A stretch of 24,945 nt of DNA from a virus (IMGVR_UViG_3300036798_000101:1-24945), one strand, 5' to 3'. Positions 8,913 through 17,109 are shown, counted from the stretch's first letter. The notes: generated by a model not told the origin, from the letters alone. Translations and numbers: made by a program.

Positions 8913-9833
8913 CTAGCTCGAGGGCACTCCGTACACGCCGTACCAGCCGTTGAAGCCGACACTGAAACGCATCCAGCCCGCCGTCTTGGTACTACGACTG
9001 TCGAAATCAATATCGTGCACCGTGTTGAACCGTTCGCGCCAGTAATAGCGCAGTTCGGTGTCCTGGACATCTGCTTCAATGAACCAGGCGTGCGGATCGG
9101 TCAGGTAGTCCCAGACCATCCACGAATCGAACGACGGCATCCCCGAGCGCCGGCGAAACGCATTGATCGTGTTGTTCGCCGTGTCGGGCCGGTCGGTCCC
9201 GCCGAGCAGCTCCGCGGCGATGAATTCGAGATCCGGCGGGAAAATCGCTTTCTTCGGCGGAATGCGCTGGAGCTTGCCGCGGTGATCGACGGTCTTACGC
9301 ATCGCGCCGAGCGCGAGCTGCATCGAGGTCACATCCGGGTCAGTCGGATACGGCAGTTTGTTCGACGCCGTCCCGCCTCCCACCAGCGGATGCAGGCTCG
9401 AAAACAGCGGCTGTCCGTCCGGGCCCGTCGCGCTCGTGAATCCCTGATTGAAGATCGCGGCGGCGGTTACTTCTTTCGTTTCGCTTGCGCTTCGGCCGAG
9501 TTCGCTCGAGAGCTTGCGTACGACGCCGAACTTGTCGTCGTCCATCGCCACGCGGGTGCAGCGGAACCCGAGCGAATACTGCGCGTGAACGTACGTTTTG
9601 TTGAACGCGGGCAAGGCTTCGTCGTACCGGGTGTCCTCGCCTTCGGGCACTAGCGCCATTTGCCCGAAGCCCGTGATTTCGGTGGTCTGTTCGATTGACC
9701 GCGAGGAGGTTTCCATGCGGAAGACTTCGGAGAATTCTTCGGGAAACCTCGAGTACTTCATCTGTACGACCTCGTCGATGGCCGGAAGCATCGACTGTAA
9801 ATAGAGGTCCGGGTAAAGGGTTCTGATGAACAT
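8913..9833 (-). CDS. Major capsid protein (HK97 fold, Mu gpT-like family)
   Basis: 306 aa with E-loop-like TSSRSIEQ...GFG...VPEG, ELGRSASETKE...FNQGF...GPDGQPLFS..HP and YLTDPHAWF. AGAGGA SD. Position after scaffold and decoration genes. Confidence 0.9.
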   Translation of the reverse strand: MFIRTLYPDLYLQSMLPAIDEVVQMKYSRFPEEFSEVFRMETSSRSIEQTTEITGFGQMALVPEGEDTRYDEALPAFNKTYVHAQYSLGFRCTRVAMDDDKFGVVRKLSSELGRSASETKEVTAAAIFNQGFTSATGPDGQPLFSSLHPLVGGGTASNKLPYPTDPDVTSMQLALGAMRKTVDHRGKLQRIPPKKAIFPPDLEFIAAELLGGTDRPDTANNTINAFRRRSGMPSFDSWMVWDYLTDPHAWFIEADVQDTELRYYWRERFNTVHDIDFDSRSTKTAGWMRFSVGFNGWYGVYGVPSS

Positions 9834-9860
9834 GGCTTATGTCCTCTGGTGGCGTCCTTC

Positions 9861-10430
9861 CTACGACCCCGCCGATCCCGGCGTGAAGGCGTGTTTCGAA
9901 ATGAAAACCTCGACGATGGCGTTCGGGCCTTCGTTATTGCTCATAATCTGAGCGACGCGGATGATGCGGAGATCGAGGCCCGCGGTCGCCGCGATCGAAC
10001 CGGAGTTCACCTGCATCAGCGACATCTTCGTGAGTGGGTTCCCGGGCGATGCGACGACGTTCGCGTTGTAGTTGGCGACGGACGCATTCGTGATATTCGT
10101 CGTACCGTTGCACTGCGCGATCAGGATGACGTCGATTTCGTCGCAGACGGGAATCACAGCCGCCACGCCCGCCAGGCCATAGGCGAGCGACGGCCCGAGC
10201 CAGAGGCTCGTTCCGGGCGTGAGCTGCGTTCCCGACTGCACGCGCGAGAGCGTAAACTGCGTCGGAGCTTCGGGCAGAGGCGTCGAAGTGCCGGCGATGT
10301 GGCCGACAAGATCGAAAGCCCAGATCGGATTGACGTCCGCGGCGGTCTTGCCGTACTCGCGGACGCTGAACGGCGAGCCGCCCTGTCTGATGACGGGGCG
10401 GAAGCCGAACGGAGAATTAGGATTTGCCAT
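9861..10430 (-). CDS. Putative capsid decoration/cement protein
   Basis: MANPNSPFGFRPV N-terminus is typical of the gene preceding the major capsid gene in many uncultured podoviruses; GGAGG SD. Confidence 0.65.
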   Translation of the reverse strand: MANPNSPFGFRPVIRQGGSPFSVREYGKTAADVNPIWAFDLVGHIAGTSTPLPEAPTQFTLSRVQSGTQLTPGTSLWLGPSLAYGLAGVAAVIPVCDEIDVILIAQCNGTTNITNASVANYNANVVASPGNPLTKMSLMQVNSGSIAATAGLDLRIIRVAQIMSNNEGPNAIVEVFISKHAFTPGSAGS

Positions 10431-10433
10431 GCG

Positions 10434-11363
10434 TTAAACCTCCCTGTCCAGACGGAATCCGGTGGCGCGTTCCCGCCCGAGATATGTGCGCGTGAGTTCG
10501 GGGTCGTCCGAGAAGTCGCCCGCGGCCGAGCTTGAAACGTTCTCGCCCGGGCGCAGCACGCTGAAGCCCTTGCGCTCGCCGATATCGCGTTCTGCAGCGC
10601 CGATCCAGCCCGTCTCGATTTCGCTCACGTGACGCGCCGATTCGGCGGCGTAGAAGCGCCGGCGGCGGTCCGCCATCCATTCCGGTATTTCGGCCATGAT
10701 GAGCGTCCCCACCTTGACCGGATCGCCGCGCTCGTCGCGCACGATCTGGTAACCGCGCATACCGAAGTGGGAAATGCAGCGGTCGCTGAGAAACTTGGGC
10801 GCCATGCCCGGGTTTCCGTAACGTTCGACGGCTTCTTCCATCGGTCGGCCGAGAAGCAGCGGGTCTTCGGACTCCGACTCGACTTCGACGTTCCGGGCCG
10901 GGATCTTCATGATGCGGTCGACGAACGCTTTCGCGACGGCGTCGACGCCGAACGCGGCGATCGCCGAGCGTAATCCCTTCTGCATGACGGGATCGGGCAC
11001 GGCATTCTCGCCTTTGATCCGGATGGCTTCCGCGGTCGCGTTCGCGTAGTCCTCGAGCCCGTACTTTTCGAGCTGGGCTTTGAGATGAGGGCAGGAGTGC
11101 AGGAGCGGATCCGGCCCGTAAATGATGCGCGAGAACGTGCGCGGGCGGTCGCCGAAGTTTTTGCGGTCCCACTCGTCGGCGAGAAACTCCGCGGCGTTCG
11201 CGGCGTCAGGCTTCGGCGGCCTGACGTCGAGCCCGATATCGCTCGCGAGCGTGCGTTCGGCTTCCTTCTGATCCTCGCGTGCTCTGATCTGCTCGAGGAT
11301 GCGGGCGTTCGCGGCTTCCGCCGGATCCGAGGGCGGCGCCTTCTTTTTCGGCTTCGTGCTCAT
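10434..11363 (-). CDS. Conserved head-module hypothetical protein
   Basis: ATGA-coupled to the scaffold gene. C-terminal GYQIV...VKVGTLIMAEIPE...RRRFY segment resembles the gene often found between scaffold and decoration genes. Confidence 0.7.
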   Translation of the reverse strand: MSTKPKKKAPPSDPAEAANARILEQIRAREDQKEAERTLASDIGLDVRPPKPDAANAAEFLADEWDRKNFGDRPRTFSRIIYGPDPLLHSCPHLKAQLEKYGLEDYANATAEAIRIKGENAVPDPVMQKGLRSAIAAFGVDAVAKAFVDRIMKIPARNVEVESESEDPLLLGRPMEEAVERYGNPGMAPKFLSDRCISHFGMRGYQIVRDERGDPVKVGTLIMAEIPEWMADRRRRFYAAESARHVSEIETGWIGAAERDIGERKGFSVLRPGENVSSSAAGDFSDDPELTRTYLGRERATGFRLDREV

Positions 11364-12109
11364 TTGGTCTTGCCGCCCATCTGCACGCCTGTCTTCGCGC
11401 GCTTGAGGTAGGCTTCTTCGCTGATGCCCATCATTGCGGCGATGTGCTTCTGTTCGGGCGTGAGCGTGTCGTCGTCTGTTTCCGCGCCTGAAGGACGGCG
11501 CGGCCCTGCGCCGCCTCCCTGCGCGTTAATGCGTGCCAGCCGGTCGGCCTCGCGGTCGCCCTTTGCTCCGTTCGGAGTACTGAGCTTGCCCGCACGCATA
11601 AATTCGAGTTCGGCCATACTTGCGGCGACTCCCATCGCGGTCGCGGGCGGCGTGCCGCTTTTGACGAGCTGCCCGTAATGGGTCGCAGTCGTCTTAAAGA
11701 AGTCGCTCTGGCGGTTCTTCAGGTCCGGGTACGTCGTGAGCAGTTCCTGCTCCGCCGAGTGCGCCGTCTGGATCGCGGTCGCGCGGGCGTCGATGAGCTG
11801 CTCGACTTCGGTTCGCTTGATGAAGCCCCGCTTCGCGGCGAGCCGGTCGAAGCCCTTCGTGCCTTCGGTGGTGATGGCCTCGAGGACGTCGGTGTCGTCT
11901 TCCTCTTCGGGTTCGGGCTGCGGCTGCGGCTGCGCGGGCGCTGCGGGTGTGCTGCGCGCCTGCGTGGCCCAGAATTCCGCGGTGCGCCGTGATTCGGCTA
12001 CCTCTTCGCGGAGTTCGGCGATTGTCTTCTCGAGGTCAGGGGCGGCTGCGGGCGCGGCGGCGGCGGGCGCGGATTCGGGCGCGGCGTTGTTTTCGGTATT
12101 TTCGTTCAT
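11360..12109 (-). CDS. Capsid scaffolding protein
   Basis: Acidic, low-complexity and helical, with C-terminal LTPEQKHIAAMMGISEEAYLK motif. Upstream of the capsid genes. Confidence 0.75.
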   Translation of the reverse strand: MNENTENNAAPESAPAAAAPAAAPDLEKTIAELREEVAESRRTAEFWATQARSTPAAPAQPQPQPEPEEEDDTDVLEAITTEGTKGFDRLAAKRGFIKRTEVEQLIDARATAIQTAHSAEQELLTTYPDLKNRQSDFFKTTATHYGQLVKSGTPPATAMGVAASMAELEFMRAGKLSTPNGAKGDREADRLARINAQGGGAGPRRPSGAETDDDTLTPEQKHIAAMMGISEEAYLKRAKTGVQMGGKTK

Positions 12110-12112
12110 ACG

Positions 12113-12472
12113 TCACAACTGCAAAGCGGCTCCGAAGGACGTACCGCCGTAAAGGTCACGCCTCGAGCGCGCATACGGGAGAACGCAACGACCACAAAGC
12201 ACCTGGAGCAGTCCATCCTTCGGCACCACGTAAAGCCTGTATTCGACTCCGGGATCCCGGTCGCGCAGTCGTTCCGCAGTTTCGCCGCACGCCTGACACC
12301 CGGGCGGTATGCCGCGGGCGGCGAGCAGATCGAGCGCCCGCATGTGCCACCCGAGGCAGTCGTCGCAGACGCGCTGCGCGGGCGCTGCGGGGGTTCCGAA
12401 ATGATGGAGCCGCCACGGCGGTAGCTGGCGGCTGCAATAGTTGCAGCGAATTGCTGCGACGAGCCCGTTCAC
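12113..12472 (-). CDS. Zn-finger hypothetical protein
   Basis: Four CxxC motifs (CNYC, CDDC, CQAC, CGRC); GTGA overlap with the upstream gene. Confidence 0.7.
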   Translation of the reverse strand: MNGLVAAIRCNYCSRQLPPWRLHHFGTPAAPAQRVCDDCLGWHMRALDLLAARGIPPGCQACGETAERLRDRDPGVEYRLYVVPKDGLLQVLCGRCVLPYARSRRDLYGGTSFGAALQL

Positions 12473-12732
12473 TTCTTTACGGGCTGCTGGGCGGCGTGCG
12501 CTGCGTTCGCGGCGTCGTGCTTCTTTTCTTTTTCGGCGTCTTTCGCGGCGGCTTCGGCGTCCTGGGCGTGCGTGGTGAGGCCGAGTTCCCCGGCGATCGC
12601 GACGGCGTCGTCGCCCTCGAGCGTGACGGCGTTCGCGCCGATCGCGAGGACGACGGAGTCATCCGACGTTACGGCGGCTGTCTGGACCAGCTCCTCGTTG
12701 AAGGCGAGCTTTTTACTTTTGGTGACGAACAT
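12469..12732 (-). CDS. Hypothetical protein (87 aa)
   Basis: Fits operon packing; preceded by the GTCGAAT motif. Confidence 0.7.
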   Translation of the reverse strand: MFVTKSKKLAFNEELVQTAAVTSDDSVVLAIGANAVTLEGDDAVAIAGELGLTTHAQDAEAAAKDAEKEKKHDAANAAHAAQQPVKK

Positions 12733-12741
12733 ACCGCCGTC

Positions 12742-12748
12742 ATTCGAC
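12742..12748 (-). promoter_or_regulatory. GTCGAAT motif, 9 nt before ATG 12732 (head of the scaffold/capsid run)
   Basis: GTCGAAT-GACGGCGGT-ATG; intergenic. Confidence 0.65.
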
Positions 12749-12758
12749 GGCGGCGCGT

Positions 12759-13025
12759 TCAGCGTTTTTTAGGCTGTGGCTTCGGCGCTTCCATTTCGGC
12801 GAGTATGACGCCGGGGAGCCGCAGTATCGCTTCGACCATTCCCGCGGCGCCCTGCGCCCGCCAGATGTCGCGGGGCTCGTCGAGACGCTGGCAGTCGTTC
12901 ATGAGGCGAAGCAGCTCGCGCGAAACGCGGTCACGGTAGCGGATGAACGACGGCGACTCGATCATTTCGCGGAAGCGGTCGCGGTCGAGCGTGTCGGGCG
13001 GTTCGGGCTTCGCCGTGACGTCCAT
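12759..13025 (-). CDS. Small helical head-module protein
   Basis: 88 aa. The IWRAQG...MVEAILRLP pattern resembles small genes normally found between portal and scaffold. Abuts the upstream stop. Confidence 0.65.
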   Translation of the reverse strand: MDVTAKPEPPDTLDRDRFREMIESPSFIRYRDRVSRELLRLMNDCQRLDEPRDIWRAQGAAGMVEAILRLPGVILAEMEAPKPQPKKR

Positions 13026-13505
13026 TTAGTGCCTCTCGAGGTAGCCGATCATCTTACGAAGTAACGCGGTGTTGTCCTTGACCTTGCCAAGAGTGAGATT
13101 ACAGCGGCCACAGAGCCAGCCGCGAAACTTTCCGGTCGCGTGGCAGTGATCGAACGCGAGCCGCGGTTCTCGCTCGCCGCAGATATCGCACGCTTCGGAG
13201 GGCGGCGTTTTCGCCTTCGCTTCTATCTTCGTGCGGCGCGCGACTTTGTAACAGGACTTGCAGCGGGCGACGTGGCCCCGGGCCTTTGTGTTGTCACGAA
13301 AGAAATCGTTCGGGCCCTTCTTCTCTCCGCACTTCGCGCACTCGAAGGTGTGGCGCTTTTGCTTGGACGCGCTATGGCAGGCCGTTGAGCAGAATCGGAC
13401 GCGAGATCGCTGTACAGCAGCACGTGACGGACGCACCGAAAACCGAACGCGACAGACCTCGCACTCGAATGAAATCTGACGTTCCTTCCAACCGGCTTTC
13501 GGCAT
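13026..13505 (-). CDS. Endonuclease VII-family nuclease with N-terminal Zn fingers (possible homing endonuclease)
   Basis: CDICG...LAFDHCHATGKFRGWLCGRCNLTLGKVKDN is the endonuclease VII signature. Upstream motifs CEVC...FCSTAC and CAKC...CKSC. Confidence 0.85.
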   Translation of the reverse strand: MPKAGWKERQISFECEVCRVRFSVRPSRAAVQRSRVRFCSTACHSASKQKRHTFECAKCGEKKGPNDFFRDNTKARGHVARCKSCYKVARRTKIEAKAKTPPSEACDICGEREPRLAFDHCHATGKFRGWLCGRCNLTLGKVKDNTALLRKMIGYLERH

Positions 13506-13564
13506 CTACCCATCATTCGCCTCGCGGTTGTCTCGCATCAAGACCGCGGGTACGGCAAAGCGGC

Positions 13565-13846
13565 TTAGTACCGCCCGTTGTGAGTTATCGCCGAGTTTGA
13601 ATCCATTCTGGCCTCGCGGAGCTTGCGGATCGCGGCGGAGCGGTCGGGGCAGGGCGGCGCGTTCGCGATGATCATTTTGACAGCGTTCGCGAGCGCGTTG
13701 CGGATCGCGGTCCCCTGCGCGACCTTCATTTCATCCCACTTGTGGTACTCGAAACAGTCGTCCACCTGGTCGGAGACTTCGTCGGAGACGGCGCGGGCGC
13801 GCGTGAAATCGATGGGCGGCTTACCGATTGGCGTGTCGAGCGGCAT
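13565..13846 (-). CDS. Acb2/Tad1-type helical-hairpin protein (candidate immune-nucleotide sponge)
   Basis: F.YH...AIR.A....I..NAP..PDRSAAIRKLREARM..NSAI pattern recognised by eye. Confidence 0.65.
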   Translation of the reverse strand: MPLDTPIGKPPIDFTRARAVSDEVSDQVDDCFEYHKWDEMKVAQGTAIRNALANAVKMIIANAPPCPDRSAAIRKLREARMDSNSAITHNGRY

Positions 13847-13861
13847 TCCCGCGATGATAAC

Positions 13862-14023
13862 TCAGCGCGCGGGGATGGCTTTCAGGAGTTCGGCAAGACT
13901 CCAGAGCGCGAGGCCGATCGACAGGAAGCTCCAGCGCGGCGGCGTCGGCGGCGACGGCTGCGCGGCCGACACGAGGAAGCACACGAAGGCGAGCAGCATC
14001 AGGACGATGTACACGATTCCCAT
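13862..14023 (-). CDS. Small two-TM membrane protein (53 aa)
   Basis: Not in the ORF track: MGIVYIVLMLLAFVCFLVSAAQPSPPTPPRWSFLSIGLALWSLAELLKAIPAR. Fills the gap between neighbours; GTCGAAT motif 8 nt upstream. Confidence 0.75.
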   Translation of the reverse strand: MGIVYIVLMLLAFVCFLVSAAQPSPPTPPRWSFLSIGLALWSLAELLKAIPAR

Positions 14024-14029
14024 GCCGTC

Positions 14030-14293
14030 TTATTCGACGGCGGCGAAAGGCTGCGGGTGGTTTACGTTGAAGAACGTGGACGTCGGCGTCGTCATGACGG
14101 TAACACTGCCTCCGTCGACGTCGATATTCACCGAGCAGCACACGCCCCCGGACTTTGCCGTGAATGCGAGCGCGTAGCGCCGGACGTAATGGGCCGAATG
14201 AATTGTTTCGATCTGCGTTCCGGCAGACGGTTTATCCGCGTCGAAAAACAGCTCGATCATATCGCCGCTATCGTTCTTATGGATCAGTGTCAT
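14030..14293 (-). CDS. Hypothetical beta-rich protein (87 aa)
   Basis: AGGGGG SD-like sequence; fits gene packing. Confidence 0.65.
   Translation of the reverse strand: MTLIHKNDSGDMIELFFDADKPSAGTQIETIHSAHYVRRYALAFTAKSGGVCCSVNIDVDGGSVTVMTTPTSTFFNVNHPQPFAAVE
14032..14038 (-). promoter_or_regulatory. GTCGAAT motif, 8 nt before ATG 14023
   Basis: GTCGAAT-AAGACGGC-ATG; overlaps V-E-stop. Confidence 0.65.
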
Positions 14294-14308
14294 TTGCCCC
14301 CTGCCTGC

Positions 14309-14521
14309 TTATTCGACGGCGTCCGTCCGGGCGTCGGCTTTGCGGAGCTGGCGCAGCGCCTCGTCGATGTGGGAGCGTGCGATCGCGTTCGTCCCTTCGG
14401 GGTCGGCGAGACGGTCTTTCGCCTCCAGCAGGAGGGCTTCGATCGTCACGTTGCAGAGCGGATCGCGATGTCCGAGCGCCGAGCGCGGCTCGCGCGGGCT
14501 CTCGGATCCGCCCGTGCTCAT
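14309..14521 (-). CDS. Hypothetical protein resembling the Tad1 C-terminal helical hairpin
   Basis: ATGA-coupled. Contains NVTIEALLLEAKDRL...NAIARSHIDEALRQL. Confidence 0.55.
   Translation of the reverse strand: MSTGGSESPREPRSALGHRDPLCNVTIEALLLEAKDRLADPEGTNAIARSHIDEALRQLRKADARTDAVE
14311..14317 (-). promoter_or_regulatory. GTCGAAT motif, 17 nt before ATG 14293 (SD-containing leader)
   Basis: GTCGAAT-AAGCAGGCAGGGGGCAA-ATG; overlaps V-E-stop. Confidence 0.55.
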
Positions 14522-14718
14522 TTCCCCAGCTTCGCGTTCGCCCGCCGGTCGATCTCGGCCTCGAGCGACTTCGAGAGATTGCCTGCTTTGACCTGTTGGG
14601 ACGCCCGCGCTTTCGCGTTCGCCGCGTGCGCGCGGTCATTCACCGGATAGCTTCGGCCCGGGCCCGCGAACGCCGACGCCGGCAGCGCGTTACGTTTCTT
14701 CGCCGTCAGTTTCGCCAT
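14518..14718 (-). CDS. Small basic conserved phage protein (DUF6582-like)
   Basis: MAKLTAKKRNALPASAFAGPGRSYPVNDRAHAANAKAR is a widespread phage motif. Confidence 0.75.
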   Translation of the reverse strand: MAKLTAKKRNALPASAFAGPGRSYPVNDRAHAANAKARASQQVKAGNLSKSLEAEIDRRANAKLGK

Positions 14719-14938
14719 GCGGTGAGTTTACGACGGAAAAGTTTCGAATGCGCTGGTGCAGGATCGCTTCGTACTCGTCCATTACGGTGAGCTGCCGGAA
14801 CATCAACCGGCGTTCCTCCTCAGGCAGCTTTGAAAATATCGGGTTCGTAGTGACGAAGAGGTGAAGTCTCTCCTTCCGCAGGCTCAGTTCCTCGTGTTCG
14901 GCGACGACGCGCTCTTCATGCGGTTGCATCGCCGTCAA
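14690..14938 (-). CDS. crAss001_48-related / Sequestin-like helical protein
   Basis: H..RVVAE..EL..R..RL..F....F..L...ER.LM..Q...M..Y..IL..RI..F. Start is TTG 14938 or ATG 14929; abuts the portal stop. Confidence 0.65.
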   Translation of the reverse strand: MTAMQPHEERVVAEHEELSLRKERLHLFVTTNPIFSKLPEEERRLMFRQLTVMDEYEAILHQRIRNFSVVNSPHGETDGEET

Positions 14939-17092
14939 TTATGACGCCCCGTGCAGGTACTCCTGACCCTGGTGCCCCGAGTAGATGTTCGGCCCCTGCG
15001 CCTGCGGGTTGCCCTGCGGCTGGAACGGCGGATTGCCGAAGAGCCCGTTCGGGAACTGGAGCGGCGCGCCCGCGGCGCTCGCCTGATTCGCCGCGGCGAC
15101 GGCGTGCTCGACGACGGCCTGCGCGATCTTTTTTTGCTGAAGCTGCGCGACGTGGTTGAGATAGTGCGCGTGCAGCTTCGCGAGCGCGTCGGGGTCGCGG
15201 TTCGGATCGGCCAGCGCCCGGGTATAATCCTGCGCGTGGCGGATCATATGGAGCTGATCGTTGTCCATCGGATTGACGTGAACATCCTCGCCCTCGAGCA
15301 TTTCGGTCCATTCGACTTTCGGGTCGATCGGGATGTCGGGCTGCGGTGGTTCGGGTACGAGATCCCCGAAGTTGGGATCCCCAAGAGCCTCGTGTACGTC
15401 GCGCGTGACGGCCCACAACGCACGCGGATTCTGCACAATCAGCGGGTTCTGAAGGTCGAGCTGGTAGCGGGCCAGCGTCTGCTCCTTCTTCACTTCCTTG
15501 CTCCAGACGCTCGAAGCGAACTCGAGCCGGAAATCGTACCTTCCGTCCCTGTCCTCGAGCGTCAGGACTGAGCCGCCCTTCTGCGTCGGAAAGAGCCCGT
15601 CGGCGTCCTCTTCCGTCACGCGGAAGAAAACCTCTTCGGGCGAAAACATATACTCCAGCTCCCAGATATGCGTCAGGACCGCGCTCATGTCCTCGCGCAG
15701 GACTTTCGTATCGAGGCTTATGCGGACGTTTCCTTCTTCCAGTAACTTGACCGTCTGCGTTGCCGTGCGCGGCGCGTTCGGGCGGTCGATCTGGCGCCCC
15801 ATCTGAAGGTCGGACAGGCCCGTGAGTTTTTCCCCGTAGGCGAGAATCGCCTGCTCCTTCCACGTCGCGAGGTCGAGGTTCGCCGTGATCTTGATCTCGC
15901 GGATGTCGGTCGCGGGGTTGTCGAGCGGAATGGCGAGCCCGGGCGCGAGGCGTATCGTGTCGGGCGTGACGCCCGCGGCGGGGCGGTAGCCGAGCGGCGG
16001 CGTCATCGCCATCTGCGCCCCTTCGGTCGCCTGGTTATGGTTTACCGAGAGTTCGTCCTCGATGTTCACGAGCATTTCGCACATGCCCATGCACCAGTAC
16101 GTCCCGTCCTGCGTCATCTGCGTTTCGACGAACGGGCGGCGGTTCTTCGTCGTGGGGTAGAGATCCTCGAGCGACTGGATCCCGATCACCATGTGCAGAT
16201 CCCACAGATATTTGATGCAGAAGTCCTGCTGGCGCATCTCGCGCTTGTCGAAGTCGTATTCCGCCGCCGAACGCTTGCCCTTCTTTAAGGGCCTCCAGCG
16301 TCCGTACCACTCGAGAATGGTGACCCACTCACCCGACGAGAGCGGGCGGTCGTACAGGATCCCTTCGGCCTCGTCGCGCTCGCGCTTGATCTCCTCGCCG
16401 TCCGTATCGCGCATCGTGCCGTTCTGCGCGTACGTCACGATGCGGTCCCAGTTCTCAGTAATTCCCTGATACTTGCCTTCCGCTTCGCCCTTCAGCAAGT
16501 CGTCGGGACGCACGCGCACGCGGCGGATGATGAACGAGAAATCGTGCAGCGAGCTGACGTCTTCCGCCGGCACGATGAAGTCGTCGGGCCAGAGCGGATC
16601 GAAGCCCGCGCCTTCGTAATCGACGACTTCCTGCCCCTTTACCTCGAACGTCTCGCGCTTCCACGGCGAATACGCGACCGATCGGCCGAAAATGAGCTTG
16701 CGGAGAACGAACACGCAGAACGGATTGAGCAGGCGCATGGAATTGAACACGCGCCACGTCATGTATCTCGAGATCTTCTGGTCCTTGCGGTAGTCGCTGG
16801 GCCCCACGGGCTTCGCGACGATCTCGGCGTCGTCGCCGAAGAGCCCGTCCATCTCCTTCGATAACTTCGTTAAGATGTTCCACTGGCAGTACGGGACCGG
16901 GAAATTCGAGGCGTCTTCCTCGCCCATCGCCGGCACGCCGGCCATCTGGCGCCAGCGCCGGTAGTAATCGCGCCAGCGGCGGATCCGCAGATTGTGATCG
17001 GAGATCGCGTTGCGGTAGTCGCTCTGCACGCGGCTCGCGATGCGGGAAACCTCCGGGTCGGGCCATTTTAGCTGGAACGCTGATTGCTCCAC
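14939..17092 (-). CDS. Portal protein (P22-like podovirus type)
   Basis: 717 aa, GTG start. Contains RPFV...YWCMGMCEML...EDELS..HNQ, EKLTGLSDLQMG...RTAT and a Q/P-rich C-terminus. Lies between terminase and head genes. Confidence 0.9.
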   Translation of the reverse strand: MEQSAFQLKWPDPEVSRIASRVQSDYRNAISDHNLRIRRWRDYYRRWRQMAGVPAMGEEDASNFPVPYCQWNILTKLSKEMDGLFGDDAEIVAKPVGPSDYRKDQKISRYMTWRVFNSMRLLNPFCVFVLRKLIFGRSVAYSPWKRETFEVKGQEVVDYEGAGFDPLWPDDFIVPAEDVSSLHDFSFIIRRVRVRPDDLLKGEAEGKYQGITENWDRIVTYAQNGTMRDTDGEEIKRERDEAEGILYDRPLSSGEWVTILEWYGRWRPLKKGKRSAAEYDFDKREMRQQDFCIKYLWDLHMVIGIQSLEDLYPTTKNRRPFVETQMTQDGTYWCMGMCEMLVNIEDELSVNHNQATEGAQMAMTPPLGYRPAAGVTPDTIRLAPGLAIPLDNPATDIREIKITANLDLATWKEQAILAYGEKLTGLSDLQMGRQIDRPNAPRTATQTVKLLEEGNVRISLDTKVLREDMSAVLTHIWELEYMFSPEEVFFRVTEEDADGLFPTQKGGSVLTLEDRDGRYDFRLEFASSVWSKEVKKEQTLARYQLDLQNPLIVQNPRALWAVTRDVHEALGDPNFGDLVPEPPQPDIPIDPKVEWTEMLEGEDVHVNPMDNDQLHMIRHAQDYTRALADPNRDPDALAKLHAHYLNHVAQLQQKKIAQAVVEHAVAAANQASAAGAPLQFPNGLFGNPPFQPQGNPQAQGPNIYSGHQGQEYLHGAS

Positions 17093-17100
17093 AGAGGTAC

Positions 17101-17107
17101 ATTCGAC
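17101..17107 (-). promoter_or_regulatory. GTCGAAT motif, 8 nt before portal GTG 17092
   Basis: GTCGAAT-GTACCTCT-GTG, in the 17-bp divergent gap. Confidence 0.7.
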
Positions 17108-17109
17108 CT

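Noticed and set aside
974-9653. Many long Arg-rich plus-strand and alternate-frame ORFs (e.g. 974..1963, 4099..5406, 5518..6792, 8379..9653)
   Set aside because: Typical high-GC shadow ORFs overlapping well-supported structural genes; no motifs.
12749-12775. TAAA as a sigma28 -35 element upstream of the motifs
   Set aside because: TAAA occurs near two copies but at different spacings (about 19 and 22 nt) and is absent at most, so no consistent -35 is supported.
13862-14023. Holin / lysis cassette
   Set aside because: No endolysin or spanin is recognisable nearby; kept only as a membrane microprotein.
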